From assembly GCA_036506475.1 (NCBI GenBank), contig DASXRR010000450.1:913-64912 (forward strand): a DNA stretch of 64,000 nucleotides, given 5' to 3'. Source of the DNA: Chloroflexota bacterium. Lineage in GTDB: Bacteria > Chloroflexota > UBA6077 > CF-72. Shown here one piece after another: positions 1 through 8,378 of this stretch. Numbering within the stretch: position 1 is the stretch's first letter; each line of letters opens with the position of its first letter. The position numbers and the translations under genes are program-made. A model generated the notes under the pieces. That model saw nothing but the letters and a program-made list of their open reading frames with translations, searched no databases and was not told where the DNA came from.

Positions 1-660
1 AGCCTGGCCCACCGCGGCGTGCTTTTTCTGGACGAAATTCCCGAGTTTTCGCACCACGTGCTCGAGGTGATGCGCCAACCCGTCGAGGACGGCATCGTCA
101 GCATCGCGCGCGCCCGCGGCGTGCTCAGCTTTCCTGCCAAGTTCATGCTCGTCGCGGCGCGCAATCCATGCCCGTGCGGCTTCTATGGCGACTCGGCGCG
201 GCCGTGCGTGTGTCCCGAGGCGGTCGTGACGCGCTACCAGAAGCGGCTGTCGGGGCCGATCCTGGACCGTATCGACCTGCACCTGACGGTGCCGCGCGTC
301 GACTTTGACAAGCTGACGGGTACAGAGCGGGGCGAAGACTCGGCTGCTATCGCGCAGCGCGTGCTGGCCGCGCGCGAGCGGCAATGGCAGCGCTTCGGCG
401 GGACGAGTGTGACCAGCAATGCTGAGATGCGCCTGGTCGAGACGCGCACCGCGTGTGTCCTCGACGGTCCCGGCTCAGACCTGGTGCGCGTGGCCGTCGA
501 TCGGCTGGGCCTGTCGGCGCGCGCCTATCACCGCGTGCTGCGCGTTTCGAGGACCATCGCCGACCTGGCCGGCTGCGAGCAGATCAAACCCGTCCACCTG
601 GCCGAAGCGATCAACTATCAACCCAGAGGTCCAGGCGCCGCCTACCTGGACGACCTGTGA
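1..660 (+). CDS. comM: Mg-chelatase-like AAA+ ATPase, ComM/YifB family, C-terminal part (5' end lies outside the window)
   Basis: The frame is open from nt 1. It contains 'GVLFLDEIPEF' (Walker B region), the Cys cluster 'NPCPCGFYGD..RPCVC', 'RLSGPILDRIDL' and the C-terminal 'ARAYHRVLRVSRTIADLAG', all typical of ComM/YifB. Confidence 0.85.
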   Translation, partial: SLAHRGVLFLDEIPEFSHHVLEVMRQPVEDGIVSIARARGVLSFPAKFMLVAARNPCPCGFYGDSARPCVCPEAVVTRYQKRLSGPILDRIDLHLTVPRVDFDKLTGTERGEDSAAIAQRVLAARERQWQRFGGTSVTSNAEMRLVETRTACVLDGPGSDLVRVAVDRLGLSARAYHRVLRVSRTIADLAGCEQIKPVHLAEAINYQPRGPGAAYLDDL

Positions 661-674
661 GTGCCTTATGGGCG

Positions 675-694
675 GGCCGGGCGTTACCCCGGCC
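675..694 (+). terminator. Perfect 7-bp GC hairpin (GGCCGGG-cgttac-CCCGGCC) 15 nt after the comM stop; candidate terminator without a U-tract
   Basis: Inverted repeat read directly from the sequence. No T-run follows, so its function is uncertain. Confidence 0.3.
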
Positions 695-951
695 GCTATC
701 GCACCGCCGCCGGCGTGGGGGCTTCACCCACGCGCTGCCATGGCCCAACGGCGATTCGCTTCACGCCCGCACTCGGGCGGGCCGCCCACCTATAGAGACT
801 AGTGCACGGGGCCGGCTGCAGCATCGCAGCAGTTGAGCACGTGACCGCGTAACCAGGCTGACCGGCTTACTCGAGTGGCCAACTGGCAGCTTGCCAGGCC
901 GCCGCGATACGGGCTCCTCAGGTGGGCGGAGCTAGGATTTGAGACGTCCGT

Positions 952-1845
952 TTGAGCACCGTCATCTCCGTTGTTACGCCGACGTTCAACCGAGCGCACC
1001 TGCTTGGTCGCCTGTACGCGAGCCTGTGCGAGCAGACCTTCAGCGACTTCGAATGGCTCGTCGTCGACGATGGCTCGACGGACGACACTGCCGCGCAGCT
1101 CGAGCGCTGGCAACGGGAAGGACGGATCGCGCTGCGCACGCTGAAGCAGGCCAACAGCGGCAAGCACGTCGCGCTGAATCGTGCCGCGGAGCACGCCGAT
1201 GCCACTTTTTGCGCGGTCATCGATTCTGATGATTGGTACAAGCCCGAGGCGCTGGAGCGCCTGGTCCACCACTGGAACGCCATCCCAACCGACCAGCAAG
1301 CGCACTTCGCCAACGTCGAGGGCCTGCGTGCTTACGCGGACGGCAGGCTCATCGGCTCACCATTCCCGAATGATGTGTTGGACTCCGACACATTCGAAGT
1401 GCGCTACTGCCTGGGCGTGACCGGCGACACAGTCGGCATGTACCGCACCGACGTGCTGCGCCTGTTTCCATTCCCTGAAAACCTGGGACGTTTCGTCCCC
1501 GAAGCTCTGGTCTGGTCGCGCATCGCCAGCGTGTACCGCTCACGGTTCATCAACGAGGTGCTCGGGTTCGTGGAATACCAGCCCGGTGGCTTGTCCGATC
1601 GAGGCCTCGCCCAGCAAGTGCACGCGGCGCCAGCGTGGTCGGCTTTTTATGGCGAGCTCGCAGCAACGCCGCGCCAACTGCCGTCGGGCACGCGCCTGCG
1701 GGCTAGCGCCCAGCACGTGCGCTACATGCTGCACGCCCGGTCGTGTCAGCCATTTCGACCGCTCTACCGACCACTCTGGCTCGCCGGTGTGCCAATCGGC
1801 GTCGGCCTGTATCTGCGCGATCGGCGCAGGCTCTCCCGTCGCTGA
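952..1845 (+). CDS. Family 2 glycosyltransferase
   Basis: TTG start. The N-terminus 'ISVVTPTFNRAHLL...FEWLVVDDGSTDDT' and a later 'DSDD' motif are the classic GT2 (GT-A, DxD) signature. Confidence 0.85.
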   Translation: MSTVISVVTPTFNRAHLLGRLYASLCEQTFSDFEWLVVDDGSTDDTAAQLERWQREGRIALRTLKQANSGKHVALNRAAEHADATFCAVIDSDDWYKPEALERLVHHWNAIPTDQQAHFANVEGLRAYADGRLIGSPFPNDVLDSDTFEVRYCLGVTGDTVGMYRTDVLRLFPFPENLGRFVPEALVWSRIASVYRSRFINEVLGFVEYQPGGLSDRGLAQQVHAAPAWSAFYGELAATPRQLPSGTRLRASAQHVRYMLHARSCQPFRPLYRPLWLAGVPIGVGLYLRDRRRLSRR

Positions 1846-1852
1846 ATCGCAC

Positions 1853-3301
1853 GTGGGTCTGGCACGCCCCGTTGTCCGCAACACGCTCGCGCTGAGCGCT
1901 GGCCAGCTGGGAACACGCGCGTTGACGATTGTCTACGTCGCGGCGCTCGCGCGGCACATTCATACCGACGGCATGGGCGCTCTGGCTACCTCGCAGTCGC
2001 TCGGGGTGATCGTGGCGCTGCTCATCGGACTTGGTCACGACACCCTCGCCATCCGCGAGATCGCGGCTCGCCCGCACGAAGCAACGGCCTGGTTATGGGA
2101 CCTGCTCGGCTTACGCGTCGTGCTGTCCGTGGCCGGGTTGATCGGACTGGCGCTGTTCAGTCGACTCGTCGACTATCCGCCCGAAACGAGCCAGGTCGTC
2201 CTCGTCTACGGCCTGGTCACCGTTGTCGGCGCACTCTTATCAGTGCCACGGAACCTGATTCAGGCGCGCGAGCTCCTCGCGCTCGAGGCGGCGGTCCAGT
2301 TCGGACGCGACGTCGCCAATATCGTGCTGAGCGTGATCGCCATCGCGCTAGGCGCCAGCCTGCTGACGATCGTGTGGATTTCGGTGCTCGCCAACCTCGG
2401 CCAGCTGGCAGTTGAGCTGGCTATCGTCGCGCGGCGCAAGATGGCGACGTGGGGCCGTCCGTCGCCGGCGCGCATCCGCGCCATATTTCGCGGCGGCATC
2501 GGAATTGGCCTGGTCGTGCTGTGCAGCATCATGTACGCGCAGGTCGGGACGATTCTGCTTTCGCTCCTGGCCGGGCCAACGGCAACGGGTACGTACGCCG
2601 CCGCGTACAACCTGCTGCTCGTTCTGTTGATCGTGCCCGACATGTTCCAGCGGGCAGTCTTTCCCGTCTTCGCGAGATTGCACGCTGACCCAAATCGAAA
2701 CCTGGGCGAGGCATACGAACAATCACTGCGGGCATTGACCGCGGTCGCGCTGCCGCTGGCCATTGGCACCTTCCTTGTGGCAGAGCCGGCCATCGGCCTG
2801 TTGTATGGGCCGGACTTTGCCGCTTCCGTGGCGCCGCTGCGCGTGCTGTGCGCCGCGGTCGCGGTGACGGCGAGCTACGCCAGCGGTGCGATCCTGATCG
2901 CCACCGGCCAACAGCGCCGATTCGCGTTGACCACGGGCGCCGAGCTGTTCGTCCAGGTCGCGCTGGCTGTGGCGCTGATCCCGATCTGGGGCCCCCTTGG
3001 CGCGACCATCGGCTACGCCGTGCCGCGGGTCATCGCGTTCTTCGGCTACCTCGTGTGGTGTCATCGTCTGCTGCGTCGGCGGCCTCGGCTGGCGCCGCTG
3101 CTGCGCATCGCATTGGCCAGTCTGATCATGGGCGCCGTCGTCGTCGCCGCGCTGCAAGCGGGCGTGCACTGGCTGTGGCTGGCCTGTCTGATCGGGCCGC
3201 TAGCGTATGGTCTCGCGCTGCTCGCACTGGGCGAGCTGAAGCTCGCGGATCTACGACTGCTAGGCCGCGGACGCCTCGGAGCCCAACAGCGCCTCCAGTG
3301 A
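1853..3301 (+). CDS. Polysaccharide flippase, MOP/Wzx superfamily multi-pass membrane protein
   Basis: Long hydrophobic protein with many predicted TM helices. The GTG at 1853 lies just after the GT2 stop (1843-1845). The longer ORF from 1586 overlaps GT2 and its extension has an Arg/Cys-rich off-frame composition. Confidence 0.75.
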   Translation: MGLARPVVRNTLALSAGQLGTRALTIVYVAALARHIHTDGMGALATSQSLGVIVALLIGLGHDTLAIREIAARPHEATAWLWDLLGLRVVLSVAGLIGLALFSRLVDYPPETSQVVLVYGLVTVVGALLSVPRNLIQARELLALEAAVQFGRDVANIVLSVIAIALGASLLTIVWISVLANLGQLAVELAIVARRKMATWGRPSPARIRAIFRGGIGIGLVVLCSIMYAQVGTILLSLLAGPTATGTYAAAYNLLLVLLIVPDMFQRAVFPVFARLHADPNRNLGEAYEQSLRALTAVALPLAIGTFLVAEPAIGLLYGPDFAASVAPLRVLCAAVAVTASYASGAILIATGQQRRFALTTGAELFVQVALAVALIPIWGPLGATIGYAVPRVIAFFGYLVWCHRLLRRRPRLAPLLRIALASLIMGAVVVAALQAGVHWLWLACLIGPLAYGLALLALGELKLADLRLLGRGRLGAQQRLQ

Positions 3302-4381
3302 CGCGGCGACGTACTCGATTTGCTCCTCGGTAAGCTCGGGGAACATCGGCAGCGACAGGACTTCGCGGGCGATGCCCTCCGTAGCTGGAAGGTCGCCCTG
3401 GGCATAGCCGAGGTCGTGCGCAGCTACCTGGAGGTGGACGGGCACCGGGTAGTGGATGCCGGTGCCGACGCCGCGCTGAGCGAGCTGCGCCTGCAGCCAG
3501 TCCCGCCGCGGAGTGCGAATGACGTACTGGTGGTAGACGTGCTCGCCGTTGGCCACCAGCTCGGGCCGCACGACCGGTAAGTCGGCCAACAGCTCGTCAT
3601 AACGGGCTGCATGCTGGATGCGCCGCCCGTTCCACTCGTCCAGGTGGCGCAGCTTTATGCGTAGTACCGTGCACTGGATCTCGTCGGGCCGACAATTGAA
3701 CCCGAGCAGCGCGTGCTGGTAGCGCACCTCTTCGCCGTGGCTGCGGTACAGACGCAGTTTTCGGTCGAGCTCTGGGTCGGACGTTGTGATCGCGCCCGCT
3801 TCGCCATAGGCGCCGAGATTCTTGGAGTAGTAGAAGCTGAACGTCGCCAGATCGCCCAGGCTGCCGGCGCGCCTGCCGCGTCCATCACACGCGCCGTGTG
3901 CTTGCGAAGCGTCCTCGATGACTAGCAGGCCGTGCCGCCGAGCAATCGCCAGCAGCTGATCCATCGGGCACAGCCGGCCATAGAGATGCACCGGAATGAT
4001 GGCCCGCGTGCGCGGCGTGATGTGTCGCTCGACCTGGTCGACGTCCATGGTAAATGTGCGCGGGTCGACGTCGACGAGGACGGCCCGTGCGCCAACCTGG
4101 TCGATCGCCTCGACCGTGGCGATGAAGGTGTGGCTGACGGTGATGACCTCAGCACCCGGTCCGACGCCCGCGGCTCGGAGCGCAAGATGCAGCGCATCCG
4201 TCCCGTTACCGACCGCGACCGCGAATCGGCTGCCGCAGTAATCAGCAAACTCGGCCTCGAATGCACGCGTATTCGGGCCTAAAAACAGCTGCCCGGATTC
4301 GAGTACGGCCTCGATGGCGGGCATGAGCTCGGCACGTAGCGATCGAAACTGGGTCGGAAGATCGACCTGGGGAACGTGCAT
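3260..4381 (-). CDS. DegT/DnrJ/EryC1/StrS-family PLP-dependent sugar aminotransferase
   Basis: Contains 'FAVAVGNGTDALHLAL', 'VIEDASQAHG' and the Lys motif 'SFYYSKNLGAYGEAG'. Its 3' end overlaps the flippase 3' end convergently by 42 nt. Confidence 0.9.
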   Translation of the reverse strand: MHVPQVDLPTQFRSLRAELMPAIEAVLESGQLFLGPNTRAFEAEFADYCGSRFAVAVGNGTDALHLALRAAGVGPGAEVITVSHTFIATVEAIDQVGARAVLVDVDPRTFTMDVDQVERHITPRTRAIIPVHLYGRLCPMDQLLAIARRHGLLVIEDASQAHGACDGRGRRAGSLGDLATFSFYYSKNLGAYGEAGAITTSDPELDRKLRLYRSHGEEVRYQHALLGFNCRPDEIQCTVLRIKLRHLDEWNGRRIQHAARYDELLADLPVVRPELVANGEHVYHQYVIRTPRRDWLQAQLAQRGVGTGIHYPVPVHLQVAAHDLGYAQGDLPATEGIAREVLSLPMFPELTEEQIEYVAASLEALLGSEASAA

Positions 4382-4439
4382 GGGTGATTCTTCAGCCTAG
4401 CGGCTATGATTCCAACGCGGGAGGCGGTCAAACATTCGC

Positions 4440-6053
4440 ATGACGGGGATGCGTCTGGGCTCGAGGTTATGTGCGGTCGCGCTCATTCTGGCAGTGAGCT
4501 CGGGCTTGGCGCCCGCGAGCGCGGCGGTGAATCTCGCGAGCAGCACGCGGATCAGGCCCGATCGAGTCATCGCCGGCGGAACGGTCGCCATCAATGCGGC
4601 GTTCAATAGCGCGGACCCGCTCGAGAACGTGAATGTGGCGGTCGAGGTGCGCAGCCCGGCTGGCGAGCGTGTGTTCCAGCAGGTCATACCGGCGCAAACG
4701 TTCGTGCCAGGTCGAGATTATGCGTATGCGGCGCGCTGGTCCGTGCCACGCGACCTCACGCCCGGACTCTATTCCGTCCAGATCGGTGCATTCTCGAGCG
4801 ACTGGAGCACGAGCTATAGCTGGAACGAGCGCGCTGGGCTGGTCACGGTCACCGACAGTTTCGTCGGCTTCGTGCCCACCGCGTACTACGTCGACTGCTT
4901 GCTTGGCAACGACTCCAATGCGGGAACCGTGGCCGGTGACGCGTGGGCAAGCCTGGCACGCGCGAACGAGGCGCTGCTCCAGCCCGGTGACTTCTTGCGT
5001 CTGCGGCGTGGCTGCACGTGGACCGGTCCGCTCCTGGCCTCGTGGAATGGCACGCAGCTGCATCCGATCACGATCGAAGCCTATGGCAGTGGCAGCCTGC
5101 CCGAGATCCAGAACGACGACTTCGCGCAAGTCAACATCAAAGGCAGTTTCCTGGTTTTTGACAGCTTGCATGTGCGGTCGGATCCGGCGTTCATCGACGA
5201 GTCATGCAAGAACAACCGCATTGGCTATCGACTGGGCTTTTTCTTCGCGCCCGGCTCGAGTAACAACGTGCTCAAGAACTCGTTGATCGAGGACACTGGC
5301 GCGGGCGTGGACATCGGACCCGGCTCGTATGGGAACACGATTACCCAAAACGAATTCCTCAACAACAACATGATGTGGGACGTGGATCCGTGGCTGAACG
5401 ATGGCGGCGCCAACGGCATCCTGATCGAAGGCGACAGCAACGACGTCAGCTACAACCACATCTCAGGATCGATTGTGTGTTCGATCCGCTACCCGGCCGA
5501 CGGCTCAGCTTTTGAGCTGACTGGTGCGACGAACAATCGCATTCACCACAATCGTGTCGGCGGGAACTGGACGTTCGCGGAAGTAAGCCAGTCGACCAAC
5601 AACGACTTTGCGTACAACATCAGTACTGATTCAGGGTTCACCAATCACGCCACGTCCATCGGGACGCGCCTGTTCAACAACGTGTTCTACGTGCCCGGCG
5701 GCGGCATCGTGAGCTGTTTCCCGTGCCAGGAGGGCGGTCTGGCGTTGGTGAACAACATCATCTTCGCCGACATCGCGCTGTATACCGATGGTCCGATCGT
5801 CGAGCACAACAACGTGTACTGGCGGCCGGGCGTGGGCTCGCCGTCGATGACCATCACCCGCGATCCCTCTTCGAAGGTCGCCGACCCGATGTTCGTCGAT
5901 CCCGCGACGGGTGACTTCCACCTGCGCGCGGGCAGTCCAGCCATCAATGCGGGCAGCGCCGAGAGCATCGACGCCGGGTTCAGCCAGGATATGGACGGCA
6001 CGTCGGTGCCCATCGGGCCAGCGGTGGACATCGGCAACTTCGAGCGCGAGTAG
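4440..6053 (+). CDS. Secreted right-handed parallel beta-helix protein, paralog 1 (signal peptide, one N-terminal beta-sandwich-like domain, beta-helix)
   Basis: N-terminal signal peptide ('LCAVALILAVSSGLAPASA'). It shares 'YYVDC..GNDSNAG', 'LRRGCTWTGPL', Asn-rich 'N.I..N' helix rungs, 'HHNRV' and a C-terminal 'VADPMFVDP..GDFHL..GSPAINAG' with the ORFs at 6300, 8379 and 10406. Confidence 0.75.
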   Translation: MTGMRLGSRLCAVALILAVSSGLAPASAAVNLASSTRIRPDRVIAGGTVAINAAFNSADPLENVNVAVEVRSPAGERVFQQVIPAQTFVPGRDYAYAARWSVPRDLTPGLYSVQIGAFSSDWSTSYSWNERAGLVTVTDSFVGFVPTAYYVDCLLGNDSNAGTVAGDAWASLARANEALLQPGDFLRLRRGCTWTGPLLASWNGTQLHPITIEAYGSGSLPEIQNDDFAQVNIKGSFLVFDSLHVRSDPAFIDESCKNNRIGYRLGFFFAPGSSNNVLKNSLIEDTGAGVDIGPGSYGNTITQNEFLNNNMMWDVDPWLNDGGANGILIEGDSNDVSYNHISGSIVCSIRYPADGSAFELTGATNNRIHHNRVGGNWTFAEVSQSTNNDFAYNISTDSGFTNHATSIGTRLFNNVFYVPGGGIVSCFPCQEGGLALVNNIIFADIALYTDGPIVEHNNVYWRPGVGSPSMTITRDPSSKVADPMFVDPATGDFHLRAGSPAINAGSAESIDAGFSQDMDGTSVPIGPAVDIGNFERE

Positions 6054-6065
6054 TCTCATCCGGAT

Positions 6066-6081
6066 GGGGCCGAATGGCCCC
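6066..6081 (+). terminator. Hairpin GGGGCC-gaat-GGCCCC immediately downstream of paralog 1
   Basis: Perfect 6-bp GC stem with a tetraloop, 13 nt after the stop. No U-tract. Confidence 0.3.
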
Positions 6082-6117
6082 TACGAGCACCGACTTTCGG
6101 CGACTCAGACTAGTTCT

Positions 6118-6139
6118 GGGCGCTCTCAGCAGAGCGCTC
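6118..6139 (+). terminator. 9-bp hairpin (GGGCGCTCT-cagc-AGAGCGCTC, one G-U pair) in the paralog 1 / paralog 2 intergenic region
   Basis: Inverted repeat read directly from the sequence. This is the second hairpin in the same spacer. Confidence 0.3.
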
Positions 6140-6299
6140 GGTACGCCACAGAATCGGCCCAACACTAGCGCTCAGCGCTCGGCAAGCGGGTAGATGAGCT
6201 CTCCTCCAACGGGAGGGCGAACTCTCCACCAATGGTTGGGTTCCGCGATCGGCGAGCGGCGTCGCGACTGCGAACGCAGCGCCATCAAGGAAGGCCGCC

Positions 6300-7580
6300 A
6301 TGCTCAGGAATGCTTGTCGCGCAGCTATTGCTTTGCTCACGACGCTCGCTCTGTCGTCGCCTGTCGCACATGCCGCCCCGCAGACGTATTTCGTCGATTG
6401 CGCGGACGGCAATGATGCCAACTCCGGCAGTGATCCGGACGCGGCGTGGGCGACGCTTGGTCGGGTCGGGCAAGCGAACCTGGCGCCGGGCGATGCTGTG
6501 CGCCTCAAGCGCGGTTGCACCTGGACGGGTGTCCTGAATGCACACTGGGACGGTACCGCCGATCAGCCGATCGTCATTGCCCCATATGGTGAGGGCAATG
6601 CTCCGACGATTGAGGCCGCCGCCGACAGCGTCGACCTGTCCGGCAGCTACGTGGTCGTCGACGGTCTGGCCTTGCATGGTACGCCCGAGCGAGTCGATCC
6701 TGGCTGCAATAACCAGCCCGTCGGCTATCGCGTCGGCGTTCAGGTCAAGGGTGGTGCGCACCACAACACGGTTCGCAACTCGAACTTCAGCAGCCTGAGC
6801 ATGGGTGTCTCTGTGGCCAAGGGCGCGGCCAACAATATGATCCAGAAGAACACCTTCGCCGACGTCGACATGATGTTCACGCTCACGCCCAAGAGTGCCA
6901 ACGCATCAGATGATGGCGGGGCCCAGGCGATCCTGCTCGCAGGTGATTACAACGACGTCAGCTACAACACCGTGCTCGGCTCGATCGCGTGTTCGTACGA
7001 TTTCAACACGGATGGCGCGGTCGTCGAGATCTGGGGTGGCGGACACAATACGATCCACCACAACTATTCGGAAAATACCGACATCTTCGGCGAGGTGAGT
7101 CTTCCGTCGGCCGTCGACAACGCCTTCAGCTACAACATTGCGAACGGCCATCGCGGGCTGACCGTGCACGGTGAGACGAGCGGCACCAAGGTCTACAACA
7201 GCGTCTTCTACAGCGTTGGCGGCAGCGGCGATAACGGTGTGGTGTGCGCGTCGTGCAGCAACGCCAAACTGACGTTCAAGAACAACATCGTGTGGGCCTA
7301 CGGCGGGCTTTCGACTGGTGGCGCCCCAGCGGACGAGGGCTTCAACGTGTACTGGGCCTCGAACGGCAGCCCCTTCCTCGACGTACAGATCAGCACCACG
7401 TCGATGGTCGCCGATCCGAAGTTCGAGCAGCCCGGCAGCGATTTCCGCCTGCAGGCCAATAGCCCCGCGATCGATGCGGGCACCACCGAATCGGTGATCG
7501 CCGGCTTCACGACCGACCTGGACGATAACGCCGTCCCAGGCACCACCGCGGGTATCGAGCTAGGCACCTACGCCTTCTAA
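6300..7580 (+). CDS. Secreted right-handed parallel beta-helix protein, paralog 2 (no N-terminal beta-sandwich domain)
   Basis: Signal peptide 'AIALLTTLALSSPVAHA' is followed directly by 'YFVDCADGNDANSG', 'LKRGCTWTG', 'GSGDNGVVCASC..LTFKNNIVWAYGGLSTGG' and 'VADPKFEQPGSDFRL'. Confidence 0.75.
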   Translation: MLRNACRAAIALLTTLALSSPVAHAAPQTYFVDCADGNDANSGSDPDAAWATLGRVGQANLAPGDAVRLKRGCTWTGVLNAHWDGTADQPIVIAPYGEGNAPTIEAAADSVDLSGSYVVVDGLALHGTPERVDPGCNNQPVGYRVGVQVKGGAHHNTVRNSNFSSLSMGVSVAKGAANNMIQKNTFADVDMMFTLTPKSANASDDGGAQAILLAGDYNDVSYNTVLGSIACSYDFNTDGAVVEIWGGGHNTIHHNYSENTDIFGEVSLPSAVDNAFSYNIANGHRGLTVHGETSGTKVYNSVFYSVGGSGDNGVVCASCSNAKLTFKNNIVWAYGGLSTGGAPADEGFNVYWASNGSPFLDVQISTTSMVADPKFEQPGSDFRLQANSPAIDAGTTESVIAGFTTDLDDNAVPGTTAGIELGTYAF

Positions 7581-7601
7581 ATCCTGGCACTCGCGCTCGC
7601 C

Positions 7602-7637
7602 CCGCACGTGCCGTAGGGTTAGGCCTGGCATGTGCGG
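7602..7637 (+). terminator. 11-bp hairpin (CCGCACGTGCC ... GGCATGTGCGG, one G-U pair, 14-nt loop) downstream of paralog 2
   Basis: Inverted repeat read directly from the sequence. It overlaps the first codons of the decayed ATP-grasp ORF. Confidence 0.3.
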
Positions 7638-8317
7638 AGCCGCGTGTTGAGGCTGCTGTTCGCGGGCGATCCGCTTGCGCCACGGGCAGTCGATTCAATG
7701 TACCAGCGTGAGGCCGACGCGGCCGTGGGGCTGGGCATCGCGACTGATCTGCTCGACTTCGAGTCGCTGGTCAACGACGGCGACGCCGAACGTGCCACAC
7801 GGCGGGTCGCCGAGCCAGGGCCCGACGACCTGTGCGTGTACCGTGGCTGGAGGATGCAGCCAGCCCAATACACAGCGCTGTTCGAGGCCCTCCAGCGGCG
7901 TGGCGTCGTGCTCGTGAATGATCCCGATGCATATCGGCGGTGTCACTACTTGCCCGAGTGGTACGCCAGTCTGGCCGACAGCACCCCGCGCTCGGTCTGG
8001 CTGACGGACACATCGCTGGACGCGGTCATGCACGCTGTCCAGCCGTTGGCGCTGCGCCACTGGTGTTGAAGGACTACGTGAAGTCGCGCAAACACGAGTG
8101 GAATGAGGCCTGCTTCATTCCGTCCGCGGCCGATCGCGCCGGCGCTGAACGCGTGGTCAAGCGCTTCGTAGAGCTGCAAGGTGATGACCTGGCCCAGGGT
8201 CTCGTGTTCCGCGAGCTCGGCGACGGCCAGGTCGCGGGCTTGCCTGACAGTGCCGATCCAGCGGAGTTCTACAGAGCGTTGGCCGGCGGGCTACTTTTGC
8301 GTTACGACACAATCTGA
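7632..8317 (+). pseudogene. Decayed ATP-grasp-domain gene (frameshift plus apparent internal deletion)
   Basis: Two overlapping ORFs in different frames (7632-8069 and 7940-8317) together read like one protein. The join runs '...VYRGWRMQPAQYTALFEAL..RGVVLVNDPDAYRRCHYLPEWY' then 'PLVLKDYVKSRKHEWNEACFIP' then 'LVFRELGDGQVAGLP'. The frame switches near nt 8041-8050. The segment expected between 'LVFR' and 'ELGDGQV' in intact relatives appears to be missing. Confidence 0.55.
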
Positions 8318-8378
8318 CTAATATGCGCGCGACCGCCCCTGGCGGAATCCACCAGGTACTCGCTCAAGGAGCGGCTTC

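Noticed and set aside
695-951. The 290-nt comM-GT2 intergenic region was inspected for an RNA gene or riboswitch.
   Set aside because: Only one clean hairpin (675-694) and scattered short GC stems were seen. There was no recognisable RNA-family signature and no ORF with a protein-like composition.
3260-3301. A 42-nt convergent overlap between the 3' ends of the flippase and the DegT aminotransferase.
   Set aside because: This is common in compact GC-rich genomes. Both reading frames are well supported to their stops, and no additional signal was seen.
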